Shown: positions 1 through 9,821 of the stretch, piece after piece
Layout: every line of letters begins with the position of its first letter
Numbering within the stretch: position 1 is the stretch's first letter
DNA from: an uncultured Gemmatimonadales bacterium
GTDB taxonomy: Bacteria > Gemmatimonadota > Gemmatimonadetes > Gemmatimonadales > Gemmatimonadaceae
DNA length: 64,000 nucleotides
Direction of reading: 5' to 3'
Assembly: GCA_963701965.1 (NCBI GenBank)
Contig: OY969695.1
Span: forward strand, 1,216,001-1,280,000
Notes under the pieces: model-generated
Told to the model about the DNA's origin: nothing
The model's database searches: none
What the model saw: only the letters and a program-made list of their open reading frames with translations
Made by a program: the position numbers and the translations under genes

Positions 1-6
1 ACCCGA

Positions 7-79
7 CAGGCGCGGAGGGACTTGAACCCCCAGCCGCTGGTTTTGGAGACCAGTGCTCTACCAATTGAGCTACGCGCCT
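7..79 (-). tRNA. tRNA-Trp(CCA)
   Basis: Reverse complement AGGCGCGTAGCTCAATTGGTAGAGCACTGGTCTCCAAAACCAGCGGCTGGGGGTTCAAGTCCCTCCGCGCCTG folds as a cloverleaf with anticodon CCA; 3' CCA not encoded. Confidence 0.96.
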
Positions 80-91
80 CCACCCCTGGAG

Positions 92-166
92 GGTGGCTGA
101 AGGGAATTGAACCCTCAACCCCCGGAGCCACAGTCCGGTGCTCTAACCAATTGAGCTACAGCCACC
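92..166 (-). tRNA. tRNA-His(GUG)
   Basis: Reverse complement GGTGGCTGTAGCTCAATTGGTTAGAGCACCGGACTGTGGCTCCGG...GTTCAATTCCCTTCAGCCACC; anticodon GTG, extra G-1 pairing with C73. Confidence 0.96.
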
Positions 167-227
167 ATAGAAAGCACATCGCGGAACAGACTTCGATTTT
201 AGCGACCGCGAATGTTCGCGGCAACGG

Positions 228-788
228 TTAGGCCCTGTCGACGTATTCTCCAGTCTGCGGATTCACCCGGATCTTCTCGCCCGTCTTCACGAATTCCGGC
301 ACGTTTACCGTCACGCCGTTTTCGAGCGTGGCGGGCTTCGTCGACGCCGTCTTGGTGGCGCTCCGCATCACGGGCGCCGTCTCCGTCACTTCGAGGGTCA
401 GCGAATTGGGAAGCTGAATCCCAATGGGACGTCCATTGTAGTACTCGGCCTGAATCCGCATGCCCGGCTGCATCCACTGCGCGCTGTCGCCCAGCGCCTC
501 CTCTTCCATCTCCAACTGGTCGTAGCTCGACGTATTCATGAAATGATACGTGTCGCCGCCCTGATACATGAACTCGAGATCGTGCGTTTCCATCGACGCC
601 CGCTCGACCGAGTCCGCCGCGCGAAACCGATGTTCGAACGTCGATCCGGTGCGGAGATTCTTGAGCTTCGCCTGGACCATGGCGCGCAGGTTCCCCGGCG
701 TGTGGTGACGAAACTCGATCACCCGCACCGGATCCCCCTCGAACACGAGGACCATGCCCCGCCGGATCTGCGTCGCAGAAAATGCCAT
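228..788 (-). CDS. efp: Translation elongation factor P
   Basis: MAFSATQIRRGM...HHTPGNLRAMVQAKLKNLRTG...KPATLENG.TVNVPEFV..GEKIRV...TGEYVDRA; typical EF-P length. Confidence 0.96.
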   Translation of the reverse strand: MAFSATQIRRGMVLVFEGDPVRVIEFRHHTPGNLRAMVQAKLKNLRTGSTFEHRFRAADSVERASMETHDLEFMYQGGDTYHFMNTSSYDQLEMEEEALGDSAQWMQPGMRIQAEYYNGRPIGIQLPNSLTLEVTETAPVMRSATKTASTKPATLENGVTVNVPEFVKTGEKIRVNPQTGEYVDRA

Positions 789-847
789 AACTCGTCCTGT
801 TGTGATAATCGTACAGCCTCTAAACATAGGCGGCGCCTGATGCTACG

Positions 848-1546
848 TCAATTCGGGCGCGCCTCGAGCATGGGAGCCAGCGCCCGCCACTCGGTCCGGG
901 CCGCGATGCGCGCGCCCGCGATGTTCGGGTGCATCCCGTCCGCTTGATTCAGATCGGGACGCCCCGCGACACTGTCCAGGAGAAATGGGAGCAGCGTCGC
1001 GCCTTCGGTGCGCGCCGCGTCGCGATAGGCGTCGTGGAAGCGCGCGGCATAGGCGCCGCCGAGGTTGGGCGGGGCCTCCATCTGCACCACGGCCAGTTGG
1101 GCGCGCGGACGGGCCGCCTTCACCCGCGAGAGGATCGCGACCAGATTCGCGCGCAGCGAATCCGGGTCCAGGCCCCGCAACCCGTCATTGGCGCCGGTCT
1201 CCAGCACGAACACGTCGACGGGCCCGCGCAGCAGCCAATCGATCCGCCGCAACGCGCCGGCCGATGTCTCACCGGAGAGACCGGCATTCACCACCGTGAA
1301 CGGCAGACCGGCCGAATCAATGTGGTGCTGCAGCATCGCGGGCCACGCCTGCTCGGGATCGATGCCATAGCCCGCCGAGAGGCTGGTGCCCAGGATGAGC
1401 ACCGTCCGCTTGGCGTCCCCCGCCGGGGCGTCGGTCCCGGCGGCGCTCGTGCGCGACGATGTAGTTTGCGCCGACGGGTTCCCTTCGCCGCGCGAACACG
1501 CGGCGGCGATCAAAAAGCTCGTGGCAACCAGCCGTGCGGATCTCAT
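848..1546 (-). CDS. Arylesterase / SGNH-GDSL lipoprotein (TesA-like)
   Basis: LGTSLSAGYG, NAGLSGETSAG, LETGANDGLRG, DGMHPN blocks; lipobox-like IAAAC. Confidence 0.9.
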   Translation of the reverse strand: MRSARLVATSFLIAAACSRGEGNPSAQTTSSRTSAAGTDAPAGDAKRTVLILGTSLSAGYGIDPEQAWPAMLQHHIDSAGLPFTVVNAGLSGETSAGALRRIDWLLRGPVDVFVLETGANDGLRGLDPDSLRANLVAILSRVKAARPRAQLAVVQMEAPPNLGGAYAARFHDAYRDAARTEGATLLPFLLDSVAGRPDLNQADGMHPNIAGARIAARTEWRALAPMLEARPN

Positions 1547-2222
1547 GCTTGTGGCTCGTGAGTTGACCAAATCGTACCAAACCGGCCCGCGGACGTTGAC
1601 GGTCCTGGATGCCGTCACGTTCGAGGTCCCGCAGGGGACGATCGTCTCCATCGTGGGCCCGTCCGGCAGCGGCAAGACGACGTTGCTCGGCCTCCTCGCC
1701 GGGCTCGATACCCCGACCAGCGGCACGGTGATCCTCAATGGCGCCAACCTGGGAGCCATGGACGAGGACCGCCGCGCGCGCCTGCGTGGAGAGAAGGTCG
1801 GCTTCGTCTTCCAAAGTTTCCAACTGATTCCGACGCTCACCGCGGTCGAGAACGTCAGCGTGCCCCTCGAGCTGCGCGGCGAGCCCGAAGCCCGGTCGGC
1901 GGCGCGGGCCCGCGAGGTGCTGGACCGCGTCGGTCTGGGTGACCGGTTGGACCACTTCCCCGCGCAACTCTCGGGCGGCGAGCAACAACGCGTGGCCATC
2001 GCCCGCGCCTTCGCCAATCAACCGCGGATCCTGTTCGCCGATGAGCCCACGGGCAACCTCGATACCGTGACGGGCCAACGCATTGTCGACCTCCTCGTGG
2101 CCCTCAATCACGAGTCGGGATCGACCGTCGTGCTGGTCACCCACGACTTGGGCCTCGCGGGCCGCACGCAACGCACCATCCGGCTGTCCGACGGCCGAGT
2201 CGTCGCCGATACCAGCGCGTGA
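1545..2222 (+). CDS. ABC transporter ATP-binding protein (YbbA/LolD-like)
   Basis: GPSGSGKTT, LSGGEQQR, ILFADEPTGNLD, VTHD. Confidence 0.95.
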   Translation: MLVARELTKSYQTGPRTLTVLDAVTFEVPQGTIVSIVGPSGSGKTTLLGLLAGLDTPTSGTVILNGANLGAMDEDRRARLRGEKVGFVFQSFQLIPTLTAVENVSVPLELRGEPEARSAARAREVLDRVGLGDRLDHFPAQLSGGEQQRVAIARAFANQPRILFADEPTGNLDTVTGQRIVDLLVALNHESGSTVVLVTHDLGLAGRTQRTIRLSDGRVVADTSA

Positions 2223-4777
2223 GCCCGCGACTCACGGCGTTGGCATGCCTCGCCTGGCGCGAGAGCCGCACCACGCGCCGTCGCCTCTTGCTCTACATGG
2301 GATCGATCGCGCTGGGCGTTGCCGCGCTGGTGGCCATCGATTCGTTCGCCGCCAACGTCACGGCCTCGGTACGCGAACAGTCGCGCGCGCTCCTCGGCGG
2401 CGATCTCGCGCTGACGGCGCGCGCACCAATGCCCGCGCCGGCCGTCGCGGCGGTCGACTCGCTGGCGCGGACCGGGGCGACAGTGGCGCGGGTCACGAGC
2501 TTCGCGTCGATGGCCGTCGACCGGCGGAACGGGCACACCCGCCTCGTGCAACTGCGCGCGATCACCGCGGGATTCCCACTCTATGGGGTCGTGCGGACCG
2601 ACCCGGCGACCGCGTGGGGGACACTGCGCTCGGCAGCGACCGCCGTCGTGGACCCGTCGCTGCTGGTGTCGCTCGACGCCCGCATTGGCGATACGCTGGC
2701 ACTGGGAATGGGGCGATTCGTGATCGCCGGCACGCTGCTCGCGGTGCCCGGTGACGCCGCGATCGCCACGACACTGGGGCCCCGCGTCTACATCCCGGAC
2801 GCCTCCCTGCCGCTGACCCAGCTGCTCGTCTTCGGGAGCCGCGCCGAATACAAGACGGTGCTCGTGGTCCCCCGCGGCATCGCGGTGCCGCCGCTCGAGA
2901 CACGTTGGCGCGCGCGCTTCGACTCGCTGCACGTGCGGGTCCAGAGCGCCACGGACGCCGACACGGGACTCACCGACGCGGTCAAACGACTCCGCAATTT
3001 CTTGAGCGTCGTCGGTCTCGTCGCCCTGCTCCTCGGCGGCGTCGGGGTCGCCAGCGGCGTCCGCGCATTCGTGCGCCGGAAGATCGACACGGTGGCGGTG
3101 CTGCGTTGCCTGGGGGCGACCACGGGACAGATTCTGGCGATCTACGTGACGCAGGCGGCGGCCATGGGGCTCGTTGGCGCACTCGCCGGCGCCGCGCTGG
3201 GATTGGCGCTGCAATATGGCCTGCCCGCGGCGGTCGCCGACTTCCTGCCCATCGAGGTCGAGCCTCATCTGGTGCCCACCGCCATCGCCACCGGCCTCGG
3301 GCTCGGGCTCTGGGTCGCGTTCTGGTTTGCCCTGCGTCCTCTGCTCGCGCTCGCATCGGTGTCGCCGCTCCAGGCACTCCGCCGCGACTATGAGGGCGGC
3401 GCGGGTCAGGCGGAAGACCGCGCGGGACGCGCGCGCGGGGCCCGTCGGGCGCTCGTCCCGGCGCTGGTGCTTGCCGGCACCGTGCTCGCGCTCTCGGTCG
3501 CCCGTGCGCCGCGGGTCCGCATCGGCCTTGGCATAGCCCTCGGCATCGGCGTCGCGCTGGCCGCGCTCTGGCTCGGCGCCGTCGCGCTCTCTTGGGTCGC
3601 ACTCCGGCTGACCCGCTCCCGGTGGCCGTATGTCATCCGGCAGGGCGTCGCCAACCTGTATCGCCCCGCCAACCAAACGCGCACCGTCGTGCTCGCGCTC
3701 GGCTTCGGCGCATTCCTCATCGCCACGCTGTACCTCGTGCAGACGAACATGCTGGGACAGCTCGGCGCCGCCACCGACGCGTCGCGCGGGAACGTGGTGT
3801 TCTTCGACGTGCAGCAGGATCAAGCGTCCGGAGTCGAAGCCGCGGTGCGGGCCACCGGCCGGCCCGTCGTGGAAGTGGCGCCGCTGGTGACGATGCGCAT
3901 CGCGTCGATCGACGGCGTGCCGGCGTCGGAGCTCCAGCGACGGAAACGCGGGCCCTCGTGGGCGCTCCGCCGCGAGTATCGCTCGACGTATCGGGACACG
4001 TTGGTCGCGTCCGAACACATCGTCTCCGGTCACTGGTTCGCGCGCGCGGCGAGCGGGGACACCGCGGAGGTCTCGCTCGAGGCCGACGTGGCGCGGGAGC
4101 TTGGCGTCACCTTGGGCAGCCGCATCACGTGGGACGTGCAAGGGGTGCCCGTGCCCACACGTCTCACCAGCCTGCGCGACGTCGACTGGGCGCGCTTCGA
4201 GCCCAACTTCTTTGCCGTATTCCCGGGCGGCGTGCTCGATCACGCGCCGCAACAGGTGGTGATTCTGGCCAACGTGCCGGACGCCGCGGCGCTGGCCCAG
4301 CTGCAACGCGCCGTCGTCGCCCACTATCCAAACGTCTCCACGATCGACTTGACGCTGGTGAAGGAAACCATCGGCGGTATCGTGCGCAAAGTCACGCTGG
4401 CGATCCGCTTCATGGCGCTCTTCAGCCTGGCGTTGGCCGTGCCCGTGCTCTTCAGCTCCGTGTCGTCCAGCCGGCGCGATCGCGTGCGCGAGGGCGTCCT
4501 GCTCAAGACCTTGGGCGCCAGTCGCGCCCAAGTCCGGGCGATCATGGTGGCCGAGTACGCGGCACTCGGCATGGTGGGCGGACTGACCGGCGTGCTCTTG
4601 TCATTCGCCGCCGCGTGGGGCCTGCTCCGCTTCGCGTTCGAGAGCTCGTTCACGCCCGCCGTCGGTCCGGCGATCGGGATAGCGGCCGGCGCCGCGGCGT
4701 TGGCCGTCCTTATCGGGCTGCTGGGCGGCCGGGATGTGTTCGCGGAGACCGCGATCAGCGCGCTCCGCGCCGAATAG
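2219..4777 (+). CDS. ABC transporter permease (YbbP/FtsX-MacB type)
   Basis: 852 aa with a duplicated FtsX-type architecture (AWRESR, LLGGDL, LRCLGAT, LKTLGAS); overlaps the ATPase stop. Confidence 0.92.
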   Translation: MSPRLTALACLAWRESRTTRRRLLLYMGSIALGVAALVAIDSFAANVTASVREQSRALLGGDLALTARAPMPAPAVAAVDSLARTGATVARVTSFASMAVDRRNGHTRLVQLRAITAGFPLYGVVRTDPATAWGTLRSAATAVVDPSLLVSLDARIGDTLALGMGRFVIAGTLLAVPGDAAIATTLGPRVYIPDASLPLTQLLVFGSRAEYKTVLVVPRGIAVPPLETRWRARFDSLHVRVQSATDADTGLTDAVKRLRNFLSVVGLVALLLGGVGVASGVRAFVRRKIDTVAVLRCLGATTGQILAIYVTQAAAMGLVGALAGAALGLALQYGLPAAVADFLPIEVEPHLVPTAIATGLGLGLWVAFWFALRPLLALASVSPLQALRRDYEGGAGQAEDRAGRARGARRALVPALVLAGTVLALSVARAPRVRIGLGIALGIGVALAALWLGAVALSWVALRLTRSRWPYVIRQGVANLYRPANQTRTVVLALGFGAFLIATLYLVQTNMLGQLGAATDASRGNVVFFDVQQDQASGVEAAVRATGRPVVEVAPLVTMRIASIDGVPASELQRRKRGPSWALRREYRSTYRDTLVASEHIVSGHWFARAASGDTAEVSLEADVARELGVTLGSRITWDVQGVPVPTRLTSLRDVDWARFEPNFFAVFPGGVLDHAPQQVVILANVPDAAALAQLQRAVVAHYPNVSTIDLTLVKETIGGIVRKVTLAIRFMALFSLALAVPVLFSSVSSSRRDRVREGVLLKTLGASRAQVRAIMVAEYAALGMVGGLTGVLLSFAAAWGLLRFAFESSFTPAVGPAIGIAAGAAALAVLIGLLGGRDVFAETAISALRAE

Positions 4778-6907
4778 TTACTGCGTGCGCAGCAGATATA
4801 CGCGCGCGCCCGGCGGCAGGCCCGTCGTGAGCATCCGGACGGCAAACGCGAAAACCGGAGCCGTGTTGGCCATGAGCACGTACGAGCCGCCGTTGGCGAT
4901 CACCGTCAGGCTCTGCGCGATCGCTCCGGTGGGGAACGCCGTGGGCACGAGCGGAAAGACCCCGCTGATCGTCGTCAGGATCTCGTGCGTATCGTAACTC
5001 ACGAACTGATCGCGGGCCGCGAGCCCCGGTATGCCCTGGCCCGTGGCGTAACTGGCCACGAGCATGCCCTTGACCAGTGAATCGAACGGCACGCCGGCGG
5101 CGGTCGTGAGATTCAGGATGCCAGCCTCGGGGCCCGCGGCCAACGCGCGCGAGAGCGTCCGCGGCGCCCCGCCCGCGAACTGGTCGTACGTATAGCGGAG
5201 CAGCATCCAGCTCGCGCCCCGCGCCGCCTGCGACGTATCCGCCGTCGTGTCCGCCACGCCGACGGCGCCGGGATTCCCGAGCCACGCGGCGAAGCGCAGC
5301 AGGTTGCCCTGATAAAACGTCGCGAAGTCGCTGGGATTGGTGTTGATGGCCGCGGCATCGAGCGGCTGGATGTCGGTGAACCCGTCCTCGGCCCGGCCCA
5401 CAAAATCCTCCGCCGAGTGCGCGAGCGCTTCGTCGAGCCAGGTCTCTTCGAACACGGTCGCCTGCGTCTTGAACAAGCGGTTCCCGGCGTTGATCATGTG
5501 CTCCATCTGATGCGCGATGGTGCCGCGGGTCACCAGGGCCAGCGTCGACGGCGCGTGCGAGGCATCCGGTGTCTGGAGATAGAGGATTTCCGCCCGATTG
5601 CTCGCCGCGCACGCCGAGGACGCCAGGAGATCGCCGCGGAAGAAAAAACCGCCCACGATCAATGGGTCTCCGGTGGTCAGCTTGTTCACTTGCGGCGTGT
5701 AGTAGAGGATCACGCGGCCGTTGCCATCAATGTCCGGCGGTGAACCGAAATGGAGCGTGTCCGTCGGGTAGACGACCGCGTCGAAATCGGCGGCGATCGC
5801 CGCGAAATCGGACGCCGCGAAGCCGTTGGGCGCCGCCGCATCATCCTGCGCGATGATGGCGTGCGCGCTGACCGCCATCACGTGACCCGTCGTCGCCACG
5901 GCGTTGGCGCAGCCCTGGACCGGCACGTTGTAGTGCACGACCGTTCCCACGGCTGGCGGCGCGGCCGCCGCGGCCTGGGTGGCGCCGTGCGCCACGACGG
6001 AGAGATGCGCGCGCTCGTATCGGCGGATCCAGCCGTCGAACGCCGGAGCGGCGGCGGCGTGCCCGGAACGGGCGCGGGGTCGGATGCGGCCGAAGCCGCC
6101 GAAGCCGAGCGGGACGCTGTCGCCGACCGATTGGACCAGCTGAAATGAGAATGGCAAGTCGAGCGTGCTCGTCACGTCGCCCACGATCATCAGAAAGGTC
6201 GTGGGTCCCGGCGTCGCGGCGAACTGCAGGCAGGCGAGGTTCGGCGCTTCGAGCGTGCTCACGCCGCCGACCGGGAGCGACACCGCCGGGATGCTCGGCG
6301 CCACGCGCGCTTCGACTTCTCCGGTCGAACCGCGCGCGGTCACGAGGACCGCCCGCGCGCCCGCGGGTGCGCAGGCCGTATCGGGCACCACAAAGACGAG
6401 GCGCGTCGAATCCGCCGTCGTCGGCGTGGTCGTCGAGCCGCCGACCGCGATCACATTCGCGGTCGGGACGCGGCTGAACTGGTGGCCGAAGATTGTCGCC
6501 GGTTGCCCGACAATGAGCGCCGCCGGGACCACGGAGTCCACCGCGATCTTGGCGCGCGTCTCGACACTGATCGCGACCGTGTCGGCGGCGGCACCGGACT
6601 TGGCGACGATGCCAGCCGCGCCTGTCGCCACCCCGTGGACCACGCCAAACGCGTTGACCGTTGCCACGTTGGCGGCCGTACTCGCCCACGTGACCGGCGC
6701 GCTATCGATGAGGATCCCGTTGATGTCTTTGACTTTGACCGACGCCCGGACCGAGTCGCCGACGATCAAACTGCTGTCCGGGAGCGTGAAAACGATCGAC
6801 GCCGCGGCGGGGAGGGCGGGACCGGCGGCTTGCTCGTTGTGGCAAGCGGTCAATACGACTGGCGCGGCGCAAACGAGCGCCCAAAACGCCGTTACGCGGC
6901 CCGCCAA
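4778..6907 (-). CDS. Lipoprotein with Ig-like (BIG2, IPT/TIG) domains and an M30-like zinc metallopeptidase domain
   Basis: Lipobox LTAC; VTWASTAANVATVNAFGVVHG (BIG2); FGSPPDIDGNGRVIL, GGFFF, TIAHQMEHMIN, WLDEALAHSAE. Confidence 0.75.
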   Translation of the reverse strand: MAGRVTAFWALVCAAPVVLTACHNEQAAGPALPAAASIVFTLPDSSLIVGDSVRASVKVKDINGILIDSAPVTWASTAANVATVNAFGVVHGVATGAAGIVAKSGAAADTVAISVETRAKIAVDSVVPAALIVGQPATIFGHQFSRVPTANVIAVGGSTTTPTTADSTRLVFVVPDTACAPAGARAVLVTARGSTGEVEARVAPSIPAVSLPVGGVSTLEAPNLACLQFAATPGPTTFLMIVGDVTSTLDLPFSFQLVQSVGDSVPLGFGGFGRIRPRARSGHAAAAPAFDGWIRRYERAHLSVVAHGATQAAAAAPPAVGTVVHYNVPVQGCANAVATTGHVMAVSAHAIIAQDDAAAPNGFAASDFAAIAADFDAVVYPTDTLHFGSPPDIDGNGRVILYYTPQVNKLTTGDPLIVGGFFFRGDLLASSACAASNRAEILYLQTPDASHAPSTLALVTRGTIAHQMEHMINAGNRLFKTQATVFEETWLDEALAHSAEDFVGRAEDGFTDIQPLDAAAINTNPSDFATFYQGNLLRFAAWLGNPGAVGVADTTADTSQAARGASWMLLRYTYDQFAGGAPRTLSRALAAGPEAGILNLTTAAGVPFDSLVKGMLVASYATGQGIPGLAARDQFVSYDTHEILTTISGVFPLVPTAFPTGAIAQSLTVIANGGSYVLMANTAPVFAFAVRMLTTGLPPGARVYLLRTQ

Positions 6908-6940
6908 CCGGGCGTCCCTCCTGATAAGGAGCTCACCAAC

Positions 6941-8881
6941 ATGTCAGCTGCGGCAGCATCGTCGTCCATCACGTGGGAGCAGTATAACGAAACGGGGCGT
7001 CGTTTGTTCGCCGAAGGGGATTTGGCGGGCGCCGAAGACGCATTCGTAGCGGCGATCGCGGAAGCCGAGCGTGGGGGCGGTGATCCGCTGCAGTTGGCCT
7101 CCAGTCTGGGGAATCTGGCCCAGCTCAAATACCAGCAGAAAGATCACCTGCGCGCCGAGGAATTGTTCCGGCGTTCGCTGGAGCTGCGGGAGCAAAGCCT
7201 CGGCGGGGACCACCCCAGCGTTCTCACGAGCATCAACAATTTGGCGGCGCTGTACGTCTCGCGCGGAGCGTTGGACGAGGCCGAGCCGTTGCTCAAGCGC
7301 GCCATGACGGCGAGCGCCAAGCGGGTGGACTCGGCCCAGACCGATCTTGGCGTCAATCTGAACAACCTGGCCAGACTGTACTTCAAGCGCGGCGATTATC
7401 GGCAGGCCGAGCCGCTGCTCGTGCAGCTTCTGACGCTCAAGCGCCCCTACGGGCCGGAGCATCCGGAAGTGGCGACGGTGCTGGTGAGTCTGGCGAAGGT
7501 GCGCCATTCGCTCGGCAAGCCCGATCAGGCCGAGCGGCTGTGGCGCCGCGTGCTGATCGTCCGCGAACGGCAATTACCGGCGAGCGACCCGGCGGTGCTG
7601 CAAGCCATGGACGGCCTGGCGGATTCTCTGGCCGCGTTGGGCAAGCATGCCGCCGCGCTGGATCTCCGGGAGCGGGCGCTCAAGCAACGCGAAGAGAGCA
7701 TGGGGGCCAATCACCCGACCGTGTCCCAGCAGCGGGTCAAGGTCGAGGAATCACGCGCCGCCACCGCGGCCGTCATCGCCGGCACAACTATACCGATCAA
7801 GCCGCGACGGCCGCCCTCGGCGGAGCAGAAGGCGATTGCTCCCGCCGCCAAGGCCGAGTTGGAGATCACCGAGGCGTGGGCGGACGACCCGGCGCTCCCG
7901 CCACCGCGCGAGACGCGGGTGTCGGAAGCGGTGAAAGTCGTCAAGCATGCTGACGTTCCCGAGCCTGCTGTCAACGCCGCCGAAGTGAAGGCTCCCGAGC
8001 CACCGAAAGTCGTCGAGCCCCCGAAAGTCGTCGAGCCACCGAAAGTCGTCGAGCCACCGAAAGTCGTCGAGATTCCGAAAGTCATCGAAGCTTCGAAAGT
8101 CTTCGAAACTCCGAAGGTCATTGAGGCGCCAAAGGTTATCGCGGCCCCCACGGTCGTCGACATGCCCAAGGCCGTCGAGCCCAAGGTCGTCGAAGCGCCA
8201 AAGGCCGCGGAAGCGCCGAAGGCTGTCGAGCTGCCGAAGGCCGAGTTGCCAAAGGCGATCGAGCCAGCCGCCGCCCAGCCCACCGCCTTGGCCGTCGACG
8301 TCGACTGGGTCGAGCATCCGCTCGCTCCGCAGCGCAAGGGCAAAGTCGGCGGATTCGACAAATACGGCGAACCCAATCGGGGCCGGACCTACGGTCTGGT
8401 TGCCGCGGCCGGCATTGCGTGCTTCGCGCTCGGGAGCCTGGTTGTCATCCCCAGGCTCCGGAGCCACAGGTCCCCCGCCCTAGCCGCGCAGGCACCGGCG
8501 CGTGCCGTTTCGGCCACGCCCCGCCCGGTAATGGCCGAGCCGGTGTCCCAGTCGATCACCCCGGCCCCAGCACCAGCCCCAACTGCCCCGGTCAAACCAA
8601 CGCCCTCCGACACCCGTACGGCCGAGGGCTTCTCGGCCCACATGGGCCCATCCGAGGGGTCCGCCGAGACCGCCGATTCGTCGGGCGAGCATGCCCACGC
8701 GACGCCGAGTCGGACATCAAGCAAGGCCCCCCAGCACCCCGTCGCGCCTGATGCGGCCCCGACGGACGTCGCGCTCCCGACGGCGCCGAACGTGAACCTC
8801 GATCAGGCGACAACGGCCATCGACTCGTCGGCCAAGACCCTGAAGAAGAAAAAAGACTCGTTACCGCCCCCAAGCTTCTAG
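6941..8881 (+). CDS. TPR-repeat membrane protein with Pro/Glu/Val/Lys-rich linker
   Basis: RBS TAAGGAG before ATG 6941; kinesin-light-chain type TPRs (SLGNLAQLKY, DHPSVLTSINNLAALY, GPEHPEVA); TM GLVAAAGIACFALGSLVVI. Confidence 0.85.
   Translation: MSAAAASSSITWEQYNETGRRLFAEGDLAGAEDAFVAAIAEAERGGGDPLQLASSLGNLAQLKYQQKDHLRAEELFRRSLELREQSLGGDHPSVLTSINNLAALYVSRGALDEAEPLLKRAMTASAKRVDSAQTDLGVNLNNLARLYFKRGDYRQAEPLLVQLLTLKRPYGPEHPEVATVLVSLAKVRHSLGKPDQAERLWRRVLIVRERQLPASDPAVLQAMDGLADSLAALGKHAAALDLRERALKQREESMGANHPTVSQQRVKVEESRAATAAVIAGTTIPIKPRRPPSAEQKAIAPAAKAELEITEAWADDPALPPPRETRVSEAVKVVKHADVPEPAVNAAEVKAPEPPKVVEPPKVVEPPKVVEPPKVVEIPKVIEASKVFETPKVIEAPKVIAAPTVVDMPKAVEPKVVEAPKAAEAPKAVELPKAELPKAIEPAAAQPTALAVDVDWVEHPLAPQRKGKVGGFDKYGEPNRGRTYGLVAAAGIACFALGSLVVIPRLRSHRSPALAAQAPARAVSATPRPVMAEPVSQSITPAPAPAPTAPVKPTPSDTRTAEGFSAHMGPSEGSAETADSSGEHAHATPSRTSSKAPQHPVAPDAAPTDVALPTAPNVNLDQATTAIDSSAKTLKKKKDSLPPPSF
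7997..8266 (+). repeat. Degenerate 18 bp coding tandem repeat (EPPKVV)n
   Basis: GAGCCACCGAAAGTCGTC four near-perfect copies, then about ten decaying hexapeptide units. Confidence 0.9.
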
Positions 8882-9025
8882 TAAACAAGCATTTGGGGCT
8901 ATCACCGCATTGCCCCGGGCGCTGGCGGAACGTTTCTTACAGTGGTGGTGTGCACCACTTAGCAACCGGAGCTGTTGAAGGACCTGTAGACTCGCGGCAA
9001 CACCGTGGGCCACAGGTTCACGCGC

Positions 9026-9817
9026 ATGCCGACTTTCCGTCTACCATCTTTGGACCCGATTTGGCTGTACGCCGCCGGCGCGGTCGTTGTCGTCGCAATT
9101 CTGTTCGGTGCGGCGACCGCCATCGCGCGGTTTCGTCGCGCGCGGCGCGAGCTGCCCCTGCCCGACCCCGTGCAGCTGGTGATCCCTGTGCAGCGGCGTG
9201 GCTTCTCCGATATCCCGGCGATGCCCAAGCTGCGCGTGAGCGATCCATTTCGCGTTGAACCCAGCCGTATAGAAGGCCCGACCCGCCCCGCCGGCACCAC
9301 GCCGCCGCCAACGCCGTTCCCACCCGGCATCCAGCCCGAGACGCAGGCGCAAGCTGTGGCGTCGCCTCCCGAGCCGCCGCATACGACGAACGGCACCGGG
9401 ATGCCCTCGCGCAACGGCAACGGAGGCCACGGTCCGCCGACGCCCAAGGTCATACAGACTGTCGCGCCGACCGAGGGCACCCTGCAGTTTCTCCCGGGGC
9501 GCCTCGAGGTCATCGACGGCGATGTGCCGGGACGCGACATCCGGTTCGTGCGCACGTGGGGTGAGATTCCCGAGGTCACGTTCGGCCGGGTCGCCGGTCC
9601 GCCGTACCGGCACATCCAGCTCCGGTCGCAGACGGTGAGCCGGCAGCACGCGCGGATGCAGTACGTCGATGCCCGGTGGAAGCTCACGAACTTGTCGCAG
9701 ACGAATCCGGTCGTGGTGAACGGGCAGGCGCTGGATACGGCCCACGGCCAGCGCGTGCTGCACGACGGCGATGAGATCGAGATGGGGGATGTCCTCTTCC
9801 GCTTCCGCGAGCGGTAG
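9026..9817 (+). CDS. Membrane-anchored FHA domain protein
   Basis: N-terminal TM, Pro-rich linker, FHA motifs FGR, TVSRQHA, SQTNPVVVNG, LHDGDEIEMG; start could be GTG 9005. Confidence 0.88.
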   Translation: MPTFRLPSLDPIWLYAAGAVVVVAILFGAATAIARFRRARRELPLPDPVQLVIPVQRRGFSDIPAMPKLRVSDPFRVEPSRIEGPTRPAGTTPPPTPFPPGIQPETQAQAVASPPEPPHTTNGTGMPSRNGNGGHGPPTPKVIQTVAPTEGTLQFLPGRLEVIDGDVPGRDIRFVRTWGEIPEVTFGRVAGPPYRHIQLRSQTVSRQHARMQYVDARWKLTNLSQTNPVVVNGQALDTAHGQRVLHDGDEIEMGDVLFRFRER

Positions 9818-9821
9818 GCGA

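Noticed and set aside
2108..4531. Long antisense and alternate-frame ORFs (also 9684-11177, 12366-13841, 58080-59471, 61057-62304)
   Set aside because: Arg/Gly/Ala-rich shadow ORFs of recognisable genes, expected in high-GC DNA
6482..6940. N-terminal extension of the TPR ORF
   Set aside because: Overlaps the opposite-strand lipoprotein; a strong RBS supports ATG 6941
7997..8266. Possible CRISPR array
   Set aside because: Contiguous in-frame coding repeats without unique spacers; no cas operon in the window
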